A stretch of 51,689 bases of DNA, counting the filler, from Catajapyx aquilonaris (taxonomy: Eukaryota), in the NCBI GenBank assembly GCA_000934665.2. It is 3 parts of 3 records of this genome, joined end to end, with 100 filler letters (N's around TTAATTAATTAA, not from the genome) between each part and the next. Parts side by side here need not be neighbours in the genome. Positions count along the whole stretch, not along the records: positions 1 to 17,145 come from JYFJ02007017.1; 2 more parts are not named here. One strand, 5' to 3'. The stretch's first letter is position 1; each line of letters opens with the position of its first letter. Under the pieces are notes generated by a model, which was not told where the DNA came from, searched no databases, and was given only the letters and a program-made list of their open reading frames with translations. Both the position numbers and the translations under genes were made by a program. Below are positions 1 to 12,888 of the stretch, in pieces.

Positions 1-3000
1 TCGATTATTTTCTGGGGGGCTTGGCTGACAGTGCATGTGGTGGTAAGCTTTATCGAACTGTAACACGTTGGGTTACATTAGGTTTGAGAGAGGGGGGGGG
101 TGTCATTTGTCAGAAGAACTGCTGTGATGAAAGCGTGACCGATAGCTTGAGATTCTGACTTGAGGGGGGTGGAAAAAAAATAATTGCTCAGGATTTTTAT
201 CCGTGGATTGAAATTCCACGCAATGCGCATTCTTTCTAGGGATTAAAAGTGAGGAATTTCTAAATAACTTATTAAAAAATGCCACGAACGCGGCTTGCAC
301 CATAAAGAATATCAATTTCATTAGTGAGTTTACTTTCTGCCTGGTGCAAACTCTGCCACATTTTTGGGCCTGTTCTGCCCAATTGTAATTTCATACAGCA
401 CGTTTGCCATCATTTCGTATTCATCGCAGAGGTTTCGCATTAAACGATAAAACCGGTGTGGATTGCGACATGATGGATTTCATTGGTTGGGTCCCATACA
501 AGCAATTTGGCATGATATGAATGCAAGTTGTGTCCACGGGTTTACCTTTCACACAACCATCGATCTGCTACTTTCAAATTTTCGTTTGTTGGTGTTGAGA
601 GACACCGGTAGGACTGGAATGTTTTCAACCAAGCCATAATTTATTTATGTCAAAGACCATTTCCACGTGGACTAATCCAGCTTTCATACAGTGTAGAAAT
701 CACCCTTGGGGTCCTTTGTATTGACGCGTTCCAAATCATGGCTTAACTGCCTATAAAATATTTATTTTCTCTCCTGATCATCATGTTTATTTTGCCTTGC
801 ATGTGCCCGGTCCATAGCCTTCATTTTCCAGAAGTTTTTTTTGTAAAATTGCTTTTCTGTAACCAACAGTCATTTCCCTTTAAAATAATATGGAAAAACA
901 ACAGTTTGTGATAGACCGGCCTATAACCTGCGCCCTTTATTGGGGCCAGGAGTGAAATCAGTGTGAAATTTGTTTACTGACGGGGTTGTGTAGCTGTAAA
1001 GCTGTAATATTGACTGCAAGGCAAAAAACAATATTGCAAGTACGTGTCTGTCATTAGACTCTTTTTTTTAGGTTACTAATAACAAAATAAACAGTCGTGC
1101 TGAGTTTTTTAATGCGTTTCAGTTTGCAGCGCAACAAGCTTCTAATGCTAGTTTGCAGTATGAAAACGTGGATTTTTGGATAATCACAGTCGTTTTATGG
1201 GTGGGCTCTACTCCGGACGCACGTTAGTCTGCTCTCACTTGGTCAAATGTCAAAAAAAGTTTACATTGCATTATTGTGATGAGTTGTCCTGAAGCGAATT
1301 AACGTCGTTGTACTGCTGGGCTGCACATGCTTTATAAATAACTACTTAGCGGCACTGTCGCTTATGTTGTTATCAGCTTCCAAACATGAGACTCAGTCGA
1401 TAGCAAGGCAACTCCAATTTGCTTCTCTCTGCATATGAATATTGTAAGACCCAGACTAATCCACAGTGCCTGTGCACATGTAACTAGCACCTAAATTATA
1501 CTTTAATTTTGTTTCATTTCGGTTGTATACACGAACATGCTCTGCATGTAATTATGACCTGCTTCGACTAAGCCTAGCACGTCATGGCGTTACGTCTACA
1601 CTCTACAGTATACCGCAAAAAATGCTGCCATATCCTGACATCTGGTAATGAAATTAAAACTATATTTCCTGGCATAATTTGAAATTAAAATTTATATAAA
1701 CTAAGATTATGTAAACACTCCCATATTTCATATGAGAATGCCACTCCTTATGTAGAAAAATATGCCGACTGAATGTCTGTTATACGACCCTCACGTATTA
1801 TTGTTATTATTACTGTACAAAGCTTCAGAAGTATTTCAAGTCCCATCAAGCCCGAGGAGCTTGTTAGTCTTTCAAAACTACTGGAATTCAGTCAGGCTGG
1901 CTTAAAATTAGAATAGTACTACTTGTGTTTACATTTTCGTAGAAAATCCACAGGAAGTTATTACGGAACTAGTGTAAAAGCAGTGGGGAAACGTAGAAGG
2001 GCAAAAGGCTCTCGCACTCGGCAGCCATATACATATGCATGACCTAGGCGAGGGAGAGGGGGTGGGGGATGTGGAGATAGGAAAGGTGGTGCATATGTAG
2101 GCCAGGTTATTTTGCCCACTTGCAGACTTTATGCTTTGTCAAGCGCGACGGTTCGAATTTGGCTAATTGCCTGCCTGGAATCCTACTCAGGTACCCAGGG
2201 GCCAAAAAAACATGAAAATTTCATGAAGTACTCAGAGTGCTAAAAACCTGGGGTCGGATAGGCTTGTGCTGGCGGAGGTGATATTGTTGCACCGTAATTT
2301 ATTAATTTTTTTCCTACACCTTGTGTCTGATGACAGGCCAAATATGCGTATACATGATAATAGTTTTCTGGGAATTCCGATTAATATAAGACGACAGAGA
2401 GGAACAGCTATCATTTTGAAAGAAATGGGGAGGCCGTCGTCTCCAAAAGTCTGGCATGAATAGAGAGCCAGAGTAGGTCCGAGCTGCTAAAATAATCATT
2501 ATCCGCCTTTGTGCATCACAATAGGCGGCTTTGATACCATGTAACGGCAGCGCGGAAACCTTTGGCTATTGCTTCTCGTGTATATTTCACAAAATGCAAT
2601 TACAGTGGGAACGATCGTTATTGGAAATCGTTGAAAAGAGTTGGTCAGAGAGTTTCCTCCTCGCTCGGCTTAAAAGCGGAAAAAGAGGAAGTGGGTAACA
2701 GGATGGAGGTAAGGAAACATAAATTTCCTTCTGCCCACCACCTTATTCAAATAGCACCTACTTTGCCTTCCTACCAGAAGGAATATCTCAACCGAGGGGT
2801 CCTCCATAAATTACGTAACGTTTGGGAGAGATGAGTGTGCCCTAGCGTCACGTTGCCTTAGTGGGGATGTTACATGATGCACTATAGTCGTCGAATGTTC
2901 CAATTAGCAATGTAAAATGTCGGTGAATTTTATACAAGTCGCAAGCTTGATTTCGGGGGAGATAGATTAGATATGCAAAAAAAATATTCACAAAGTACAA

Positions 3001-5339
3001 ATGATACAAACAATGCAAATATGCGGTATTTTTCAAGTCATATGAATACCACACGAAAGTTACATAATGCATGATATAGCACATAAAATTTTGCAATTTT
3101 GTATTTGGCTCGTCATATGCCTGTTTAACTGCGGAAGTATCACTTGGTAATTTTGCACAAACTGTAGCGTCCATACTGAGCTATCCAGGAGTCAGTAAAA
3201 AATGCAAATATAGACGGCCTCTCCAACAGATCTGTTTGTGCTACATTATCACAATATAATATTGACTTTTTGAAGTTACTGTGAGCCGAGCCTCTCACGC
3301 CAGGATGAGTTTTCCAAGTCAGAACTAGTTCGAGCGTTAAAAAATATGGCCAAAAACACACCCGCGGCCCCCCCAAGTCACAATTACATAAATGGAAAAA
3401 CGTAGACAATTTTTTTATGAGACGTTAAACAAGCTGATGCACGAAGGGTAAATAGAGAAAGCTTTTGAATAATTCAAGCCAATCGGTGCGGTACGGGGAG
3501 GCTCGAGTCGAGGAAGATATCTGCCAGCTGCCGGCCGTTTATTGTCACATTCTCCATCAGTCGCTACAACGTTGATGAAAATACAATGAAGCTAGGACGA
3601 GTTGGGGAGTTGGGGACAGGGAGGTTGTACCAGGGAATAGTGAAGGTGAGCAAACACAATAACGATGATGGATGAAGCCCTTGGACGGACCTCCAAAGGG
3701 AGGGAATCCTCAGTCCGGATTTAAAGTCGTCTTTTTTTGTCCTCGAATGAGCACCTGAAAATCCTGGCATTTACATTCTGCTGGTGGATAGAAATAATAC
3801 GTAAATGCACAATTTTTCTGCTTTGTCAATAGTGCAGGCAATTTGGAATAACGATAATTTAATCCAGGTGTTGTTCAAAATGAGAGAGTGCTCATGAAAA
3901 TCATTCTAAAGTATTATGATCATATATGGAAAAACACGAACATACCAATACTGTAGTGTGCTTTGAGGTGATTTGATTCCTTTTTACAACACTCTGTAGC
4001 TAAAGCAAAACCTCTGGCAACAACTACTTTTTTATATCACGTGAGTCTCTTGGCACGCAAATTCTAACCGGACGTTATCGGGTTGGAGGCGCTAAAAAAA
4101 GTGAATCAGTTATTCCCGTAGTGGATAAGGTGCAACATAAAAAGCCTTTCCTGCCTTGTACGGTGGGAAGCGGCCCTAACAAGCCAATCCATTTAGGTTT
4201 CTGAGGGAGGGGGGATAGGGTAGGTGGGAGGGTAGCAGTTAAAGGTGGGTGAGCTCTTCTCTCTCTCTCTCTCTCTCTTCCTAACTGCAATCGCTACCAT
4301 CTAGTAACCTGTACCATGGCGGCGTGTTGCACCAGCGACAACTTAATTGCTGAATAGCGCTTGTTGGACTTAATTGGCTATTCGGACTGGCCCCCGGTCC
4401 CGTTTTTGGCAGCTGCTGTGCCTCTCTAATGTGGCTTCGCAGACTCTGGTGTAAAATGAGAAGCAGACCTTGATCCTTTTTTTTTCTGCCACAGGCTATC
4501 CGGCAACCTCAGTAGGGAAGGGTTGCTGTAACGCCAAAGTTGCGATGCCCTACACGAGGTAAGAAACAAAGGAAGCCAGATGAGAGAGACCTCTATCAGG
4601 CGAATGTATTGCCAAATATTGTATATACCTAAAGATGTACTGTAGCACCTCTCGCAAGCCATTTAGAAATGTTTTAACGATTTTTATTGTGTATTTTATT
4701 TATTGTGCATCCTCAGGCATTCGGGCCATTGTGCGTATCTGTGACCAAAAGCAGCGTGTAAGGCGCAAAGTGGAATAGGCAGAGGGGCGTGAAAATCTGC
4801 GTTTTATTCTCATCCTGGCCAGCTTCCGATTTCTCATGTATCACGCAGAACGAGAGTAGGGGAGTTTGAATTGATCGTGGAAGGCCTGCTCTGATACAGG
4901 GCTATACATCCGAACCCCCTGGAATCGTGTGGAGTGATCGTCCTTCTTCCATTCCTTTACTTTTTTTTATTCCACTTTTTTGGACTGCACCTTCTTTCCA
5001 TCCTTGGACTTTTTTTTTCCTTCTTCCAACTCCATACTGATGGGAGGTCCGGACGGGAACGCAAAAATGACTAAGACGGCGATCTGGTGCTCTGCGGAAA
5101 AGACGTTGAGAAATGTAGTCGAGTTATTCTAAATAATTGGTTTAGGGCCGGATTTGAATCTGCTATCCAAAGGGAAAAAAATGGGAAGCAGCTGGAGGCT
5201 CGTTTCTGGACCACCAGATATGGGAAGCCCACCTACGGTCAGACTGAGAGGATTTTGCCCAATGTACGTAATGATACAGGATACTTCAAACCATTGTGGA
5301 GGGATGTTGGTAGTGATTTAGTGAATCTCTTCAACCTGC

Positions 5340-6945
5340 TATAAGAGTTTGAAGCAGCTGTAAAACAGGTAGTCTCTATAGGCAGCACGATGCTCTGAAG
5401 AATTTGTGGGTAAGCGTCCGAATACTCACAGACAGTTTGTTATAAATAATACTGTATAATTACGCGGGGCTTCTCTCGTCTGATATTCCCGTTGAAAGTC
5501 AGTTCTAGCGCAGCTGATTACAATGTTTAATATCATAACTGACTCTTTGATATAGATGTGTACTGAGCAGTCTGGAGGGATTTACTGAATCATCCTATGT
5601 AGTGGAAGTTTGAAGTAATTGTAGAGATCTCTAAACAGCAAACCTCCTTCGGCAATCACCACGACTTTGGCAGCCCTTTGTGACTTACTAGTCTTGCGTA
5701 ATATAATTCAGATCGGAAGCTAGAGCAAGCTTTTGCTACGTAGAAGGGGAGGCTGATTACCAACTCCATAATTGATTTCAATTACATAGCGACATCCGAA
5801 GTAATGAAAAATCGATGGGAGAACACGGTGTGCCTGAGAAGGAAGCCCTTCAAGACACGTAGGTTCTGGGAGCAAATGGTCTCCCAAGATGGCAGTAAGC
5901 TAATGTGAGCTACAAGCAGGTTGGGGCAAGAGAAGACACAAAGGTCTGGGAACAGACTCAGTTTACAAGTCTGGATCCACTTTGTTGGTAATTTTTTAGC
6001 CTTCGCTGGCCACTGCAATCGGTTCCGTATTTCCTTGAAAAGTTGTGTAAGGCGTAAAGGCGCCACACAGTAACGTAGTTAACGGCAGTAGGAATAGTAG
6101 CCCTCGCTAGGATTCTAATCGGGTTTAGGCGGAAGGAAAAGCTATCGCAGTGGAACTCCTCACTTTTCCCAGCAGAGCAATCTTTGGAGAAGGTAGAGAG
6201 AGAGGGGCTGTTGCAATGCCCCGCCGCCCCCATGAAACTTTGAAAAGTGCGCCTTGGATTTTCCGGAGGCTTTTTCTCCGGTCTCATTGTTTTTCACAAG
6301 TGGCATCCCCCACCCGCCGAGAACTCAGAAAGAAGGCGCCTGAATTCATCAATCTTTCATCGGCTCTGATTCGAGAGGCGGCCAAGCTCAACTTAGCCAC
6401 CCTGCTAATTACCACCAAATTGCTGATAGCGGAACAGTCCATTCATTTCCGCATGTGACAACTACAAGTTTGGTTCCTGATGGGGATATTGTTGAACTCA
6501 CACTGTTGTTAGAGAGAACCTTGGGAATGCTTGGGCGCAGTGACTTAAACCAGATCACAATATTGCGAGAAAGTAACTTTTTTCAAACACTTGCATTTAG
6601 TACAGAAGTAAAACGATATGCCCTCTTACGCGACTGAGAATCGAACGTTTTAAAGTTGAAAAAATAGTGATAAATCCGAATGTAAAAGAGTAAAAAATTT
6701 ATATTGCATAAAATCACAAACAAAGGCTAAATTCAAGAGGGTATGTGATCGAACTTTACACCCTCGATTACGCGTGCACTCCCACTTAGCCCGCTACTAT
6801 AGCTCACTTGAAAAATAGTCTTTTGAGTGTGGCGGTGGACTTCAATTTACACCCTGCCTAGAATGGGGCCGCCAGACCGGGCGTTGCGACTACAACTGCC
6901 TCTTGACTAACTACATCCGACTCAAGCTGTCACGTCCACCCCCCA
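5340..6945 (-). mobile_element. Degenerate 5' part of a non-LTR retrotransposon (5'UTR, ORF1-like region, start of APE endonuclease)
   Basis: Minus-strand translation near 5880-5650 reads TICSQNLRVLKG...FFITSDVAM/VIE... and then ...EGGLLF, across frameshifts. This resembles the APE N-terminal pattern (I-SwNvrGL, D-hh-hE, GRxxGGh). There are many stops and the boundaries are approximate. Confidence 0.45.
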
Positions 6946-7710
6946 AAAGCCTGGCTAGAATAAATTGATCTATAGGCAGTCATGGAGCATGTTACAAAAC
7001 AAAGGACAGTCTTGTACTGGTCTCCCAAGGAAAGATGGGCTCCTATGTTAATAATGTATGAATCTCACTGATTGTGAATATTGGGTCCGCCCATCTCCGC
7101 CTTAAGGGAAGGGCAACACGTCACCCGTACGTGACGACATAAAACATGCCTGAGATTAAGCAACTGATACTACTTTACCTATACTTTCTTCCACCACACT
7201 AAGAGTTACACATCGTTAGATAATAACACTGGAAGGAGCTGCGAGCAAATCGTTTAAAAAGTTTTCAACTACTCGAGCTTAATACCCTCATCATCACGAT
7301 TCTAAATTGAAACTCTGCCACCGTTTATCAAATTCTCACGGCAACACACAAACCATGATTATGCCTGATAATGAAACCTCATTTTTCTGAATCGAATTTC
7401 CATTGTGGTAATTTATTGAAAGGTGGTACATAATTCCTAGTGTCATAATAGCACTATTCTTAGCAAAATGCACAGTACGGGAGTTTTGCTCAAACCGACT
7501 ATTGCTCATTTCCTAATAGACGTGTCGATATGACCAAGAGAGTAGACCTACTATCTAGGGTAAGAGCACAGGAGACACAGAGGTTGCCATTTCTCCAACT
7601 AATAATTATTTCTGAGACAGCAGCAGCAACAACAATCAATTTAGGTTAGCTGAAACTTTTTTTTAAAAGTGTCTCGGAGGACTCATTGAAACACTAATAG
7701 CACATATGAG

Positions 7711-8012
7711 GGAGGCGGAGTGGTGATGCGGTAACGCACGCGCCCACGGATGTTAAGGTCCCGGGTTCGAACCCAACCCGGGGTTCCCCCCTTCATCTCG
7801 TGCAGAGTTGGGCCATCTCTGGCTTCGCCTCGGGTGGAAATACCAGGAGGAGTTCACAAAATGACCAAGCAACGACATTGCACTTGCACTTTGCACATCC
7901 CCACCTATTTACCCTTGGAACAATGAAATAATATCATATTATATGGTTCCAAAAAATGGTGGCATTTCCACCCCCTAAGGCCCTAGCACGGGGTATTTTT
8001 TTTTATAAAAAA
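7711..8012 (+). mobile_element. tRNA-derived SINE (head type B, tail type X)
   Basis: A-box-like TGGTGATGCGG (7721-7731) and B-box GGTTCGAACCC (7764-7774). The 3' part AATGGTGGCATTTCCACCCCCTAAGG..CTAGCACGGGGTAT matches the tail of the SINE at 48568-48841. T/A-rich end; weak TSD-like AGCACA on both sides. Confidence 0.8.
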
Positions 8013-10227
8013 AGCACAAATAATGTTAAATAATTTCAAAAATAATGTTCCCTTGTTTCGGAGGTGTTGCACAGTGCAAGACCCCAACCTATAGTCTTGT
8101 TAGTGAACAGAGATAGTATTTTTGACAGTCCACAAATTTTTGCGTACCATTTGAAACTGAATTTCTTGACACCCGGATATATCATCGTAATAAATCGAGT
8201 GCGGTACATTCGCAACAATGTCCCGCAAAAAGGTTTTCCAGAAGGCACTAAAGGGTGTAGAGCGCAAAAGCAAGTTTTCATTCGGAATGTATTGTGCCGT
8301 GCTTGACAGTGCAATTAGCATAATATATACTTTTTATATTTGCAACACGGCGGGTAGGTCCAGACATATGGTGGGATTCATTTCGTTAGCAATGTTGGCT
8401 TTCCCAGCCCCGAATATCCATACGTCTTCATCATTGCACACGACTACATGAAATATTGATGGGGGTTTCCTCTCAAGCACTATAATCTTGCGAAGGCAGA
8501 TTATAATAACATATTCGCGTTCATGCAATCCGGTGTTGTTTGCAGCCAGCAATTTGTCACCCTCCACTGTCCCTGGAATATTCCGCGCTGTTGGGAATAT
8601 TTGTAGTGTACAGTACGTCTCCTGAAAGAGACTGGGCTAGTTAATGCCTAGGCGTCACCTAGCAGTTACGTTGCCGTTTCATGCATGAAATTTTTATCCC
8701 CCGCTGTCACTTGGTAAGCACGAATAGTTATTAGTACTCTTTTAGCCCACATTGCTATTTACCTCGGGCGCACCACCTAAAAGGACACCTTTCATTACAC
8801 TCTGACGAGCTGCGGCCGTAAATTATGAAATTGCAACTTGTTTCCAACACTGAGCTTACAAACTTGATGGAACGTCAGATGCAGCCTGATCTAATGACTC
8901 AATTTAGAGGATCCCAAATCAGAGGGGTGTATGGGCTATTGCCGAAATTGCCCTGCACTATACTACAGTATGTTCATATTTTCAGGCAATATCAAAAAGT
9001 GATATAAAAATAAGACAAGTTTTACTTACAAAAATGGGCTAATGTTTATGACACCTTTAAAAATTTTCCAGCTGGCCAATGTGTATTAGGCCTACTGGTT
9101 ATTTTGCTGCATTTAGTGGCAAACTGGCATTACTTGAAACAATATTATAGCCGGTTCAGAGACTAGCCGATAGGGCAGACAGAATGGCTGAAAGTCACTC
9201 TCATACAGTAGGCTAGTCAGACAAAAACCGAGGTTAGATCATAAAGCTAACTGCAAAGGTTTGCAAGTCGTTCATCCTACCAATGCATTATTTACAGGGA
9301 GGATGTCAGATATCAGTGGACGATTTAGCAGCCGACTGCTTCATCACAAGCTGTAAAGTGTCTGGCACAGAAGTTGTTTGGCTCCAATATGCGTTTTGTT
9401 CACAATTGGAGAGAGATTCTGGACTTGCATGACTCTTGGTAAAGGCAATTGGCTGCACAAGTAGGGATCCCGTCTGAGGCTTGGAGTAACTTAGATGAGC
9501 CCAATCCAGATGTCCATAGCCCCAAGTCGAGTTGACATGGCGGCTCCTTATTCCAGAGGGCGATCAGATCTCAAGTCCCTTGGCCTGGAAAGCCAGCCCG
9601 CCTCGCCTTGGTCGTCCAACCTCCGAACAGCAGCTGAACAAGGCCATTACGGACTCCAATTAACGTTAACAATACATTTTGTGTGCAAAGATCCCCAGGC
9701 CAAATGTAATTCCATTTGCAGTCTAATGCGCTTAACCCTATCTGGGGCAGAGAGTAGAGAGACGTATTAATGGCCGGCGAACAACCAAAGTTACATGTCC
9801 AAACCAAGACAGGCTTGGAAGTAGGTCGCTTACGATATTTCTTAGGGACAAAAAAAAAACTGCTCCTACTAGCTCCCATTGTTTATTTCCCTCTGTGGAC
9901 CACAGCAGACTGGGTTTTCTCTAGGAACTTGGGCAATGCAGTGGACATTGCGCTAGGAAAACAATAGGCCTATTGCCACATATAAAGAATCCTGTTCCCC
10001 TGTGTATAGCCATAGAAAAGTAAGGGATATGGCATATTGTTGGGTTAGGTACCTGCTCTTGAAATACGGTACCTGGAGTGTATTTTTTGAGACGAAACAT
10101 GTGTATATAGACTATATGAACCCTATTTGGCCTATTATTATGATCACTGTTATATTCGAAATCACTCAACAGTGTCAATGAACTATTTAACATCTCATAT
10201 TGATTTATTACTTGTTGGGTTACCTTT

Positions 10228-10632
10228 GCGGTTGGGAGGAGATTGTGAAGAAGGTTTATTTGGGTGGAGTAGTTGGTAACAGGGGCAAGGGTAGGCCTAG
10301 GAAGACATGGTTGGACCAGGTGGACCAGTGTCTTAAGGGTGTTGCTAGTGTTAAGCCGAGACGTTCTTGTGTCAATAGGACCATGGACGTGGCTGAGGCT
10401 AGGGTTGTTTGTTTGGATAGGTGTAAATGGCGTAGGTTAATTAATGGGTAAATAGGTAAATATGTCTGAGGATAAGGTGATGTCTGAGGTGGGCAGGGGT
10501 GGGGGGTGGGACAGGTTGTTTTTAGGTTTATTCTCATGAGTTTTATTAGTTCATATATTGGGTTAGCTTGCGTCTCCCTTCATCGCTGACTACCCCTCAT
10601 AGGGAAATGTCGTGATGTTGTTGTTGTTGTTG
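10228..10632 (+). mobile_element. 5'-truncated RTE-clade LINE (ORF C-terminus, 3'UTR, (GTT)n tail)
   Basis: Translation ...VYLGGVVGNRGKGRPRKTWLDQV...MDVAEARVVCLDRCKWRRL* is the typical RTE C-terminus (GRP..W and DR..WR). It ends in (GTT)n. A 16-bp TSD TTGTTGGGTTACCTTT lies at 10212-10227 and 10633-10648. Confidence 0.9.
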
Positions 10633-10787
10633 TTGTTGGGTTACCTTTAAGGAAGAGAATGTTTTCAACAAAGGGAGGGAGGGAGATTATGGTATGGTCC
10701 ATATGCAAGTAAACTTGGAGCATGCATTCCACGAGTACAGCAATAAGTAAGTTAGTATTACATTTTCCATTACAGTACATAAGACTA

Positions 10788-11010
10788 CCGAAGCAGGTTG
10801 GCATAGTGGATAGGGCGTCCGACTGCTAATCGGGAGGTCCTGGGTTCGAATCCCGGGGCCGGCAACCCTGGCCGTGTTTCTGTGGTTTTCCACGGTCTTC
10901 CTAGGATAATTCCCGGGTTGCTTCCGTATAATAGGCCACAGCCGCTTCCTTCCTTCCCTATCCTTGGAGGTTGAAAGGCAATGCTGGGCCAACCTCCTTA
11001 ATATCAATTA
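10788..11010 (+). mobile_element. tRNA-derived SINE (head/body type A, tail type Y)
   Basis: A-box TGGCATAGTGG, anticodon-loop-like CTGCTAA, and B-box GGTTCGAATCCC. The body GTGGTTTTCC...AATAGGCCACAGCCGCTTCCTTCC is shared with the 48568 copy. The tail has a GGAGGTTG...CAACCTCC stem. TSD matches 15/17 (TACAGTACATAAGACTA 10771-10787; TAAAGTGCATAAGACTA 11011-11027). Confidence 0.9.
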
Positions 11011-12641
11011 TAAAGTGCATAAGACTAGAGGCAACATGGTTCCAAATTTGAATAAATATATTGAAGATCAATATGTAGATTTCAAAAAGTATAATTGGAA
11101 TTTGTTAATTATCGTTGGATTTTTCAATTATGCTATTATTGTCTGTTTCATGCTGTGGATGTCAGTTGTGAAGTGGGGGCATTTTCATTTCCATTATACC
11201 AGACCATGCTTATTATCTTAGCAAATTAAAGAATTTTAATGTGAAATTAGTCTAATGATGTACAGACCTGAAAGAATTGAAATTCGTATTGGGGTGCGGA
11301 ACTTTTAAAACATGTAATTGTATGCATTTTTAATACTATTGCTAACTGTACCAAATGTAGCCTTTCCAAATCACTGTACAGTACATCGTGAGGGCCTCAA
11401 CTAACTTCAGCAACTTAGTCTTTGGGGAAGGTGTACCAAATGCAAGCATTTTCCGAATGTATTTAAAAGGGAGTTTTTGTTGCTTTTTCACGCAAGCAAC
11501 AAATCGCATTATTTTATTGACGCTCTAGAAATGTTGTGGTGTGTGTTGCCGCATGTGTCTAGGGACAGACCAATAGATCTGGTCGTCTACCTTAGTTATC
11601 GGTTGATCCCTCCACATTATTTTCTCACCCCTACATTTTCGATTGTTTTTTGGTCAAGGACTACGCTGACTGCCGTTGGACTACTAGCAAGAAACACCCT
11701 GGATAGTGTTACATTACATTTACCTCTTTGTGATAGAATATCCCTCCACAGATTATTTTAGGGATGATATGCACTCAGGAAGGACAATTTACAGTACACA
11801 AATTAGTTCATTTTAGCTAAGGATTTTATTGTGTTTGCCTAGATACTGCTGTAGAAAGGGTGATGGAACAATATTAAATATGACTGTTCATTGTACGTTA
11901 ATATTTGACATTACATCTTTCTTTATGAAGTGTTGACTCTTGCTGAGAGATTTTCATGTTAGGCTTGTGAGGATTTGTCTTAATATAATAACTTACTTGG
12001 GGAAAAAACCAAACATAACAATGCTCCTAGTCTTAATTTTACCTAGTGGGTTCGAATCCTGCATGACACCATTGAATTGTTGCAACTAAGTTAATATAAT
12101 TATTTTGTATTGTTCCAAGTCCATAGGTGTGAGTAAAACCAATTTTTTATAGTTACAGATTATTTGTCCAAGGGAACATGACAAGTGACATACTGTATGT
12201 TTAAGATTTTTTTTTCCACTTGCTACAACGAGGTCAAGTGATGACGTCAGTAACATTGGATCCTAGTTCATTATTGGTATAACGTTGCCGGGTAGAGCTA
12301 TTTTAACCTGTCCATCAACCAATTAAGCTAAATGCCATGGATCACTCGCGTTTACATATGCTAATGTCCCTACAACTGGTCACCCTCTTATCGGCATCAC
12401 TGACGTCAATGAAATTGAGGTAATAAAGGGTGAAGTGGTTTTCAGGCTATTTTGACCCGTTACCCTGAATCTATTCGGGGATTGATGTAACTTTTTTGAT
12501 GTTATGGACACAGGCAGTCACGTTTCACTGTATTTCGAGATGTTTGGGTTGCACTTAGGGTGTTTTTTTCCGGAAAGTGAGCATTCCAAAGTCTAGAGGC
12601 CAATTATCAGCCTTGTTGGAGAAGAGTCCACAAACAAAATT

Positions 12642-12888
12642 GAGGCGTTGCGTTGATAGGAAAAACAACAGATGTCCAAAAATTGCAATTTCTCGGTGAT
12701 GATATATCTGAGAGGTCTAATTTAAAACATATAACATATTTAATTTTAACCATATTTTAAAACATTCTGTAAGTGTCACAAAGAAGTCACTGTAACCCTT
12801 GAAAACCGAATAACATCCCACTGTTTTTTTTGTGTTTTTCTCAAGATCAGGCTTTTGTGACATCTGTTGTTTTTCCTATCAACGCCTC
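12642..12888. mobile_element. MITE with GAG termini and AATT TSD (Sola-like)
   Basis: TIR GAGGCGTT[GCGTT]GATAGGAAAAACAACAGATGTC pairs with GACATCTGTTGTTTTTCCTATCAACGCCTC. AATT flanks both ends (12638-12641, 12889-12892). The superfamily is inferred from the GAG ends and 4-bp TSD. Confidence 0.75.

Noticed and set aside
2328..2365. CTGATGA hammerhead-like core (similar cores near 8802, 24806 and 43656)
   Set aside because: No stem II followed by GAAA, and no flanking stems I and III.
2796..2820. GGGGTCCTCCATAAATTACGTAACG resembling a common insect MITE terminus
   Set aside because: No partner inverted terminus or TSD was found in the window.
8036..8567. Overlapping ORFs with an FRM motif, considered as a Harbinger transposase remnant
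   Set aside because: The motif spacing is off and no DDE-region motifs or TIRs were found; too weak to call.
10788..10870. Possible tRNA-Ser(GCT) gene
   Set aside because: It lacks the long variable arm and a proper acceptor stem, continues into a SINE body, and is flanked by a TSD; it is a SINE head.
12048..12062. Isolated B-box GGTTCGAATCC
   Set aside because: No A-box, body or tail is recognisable; at most a tiny SINE remnant.
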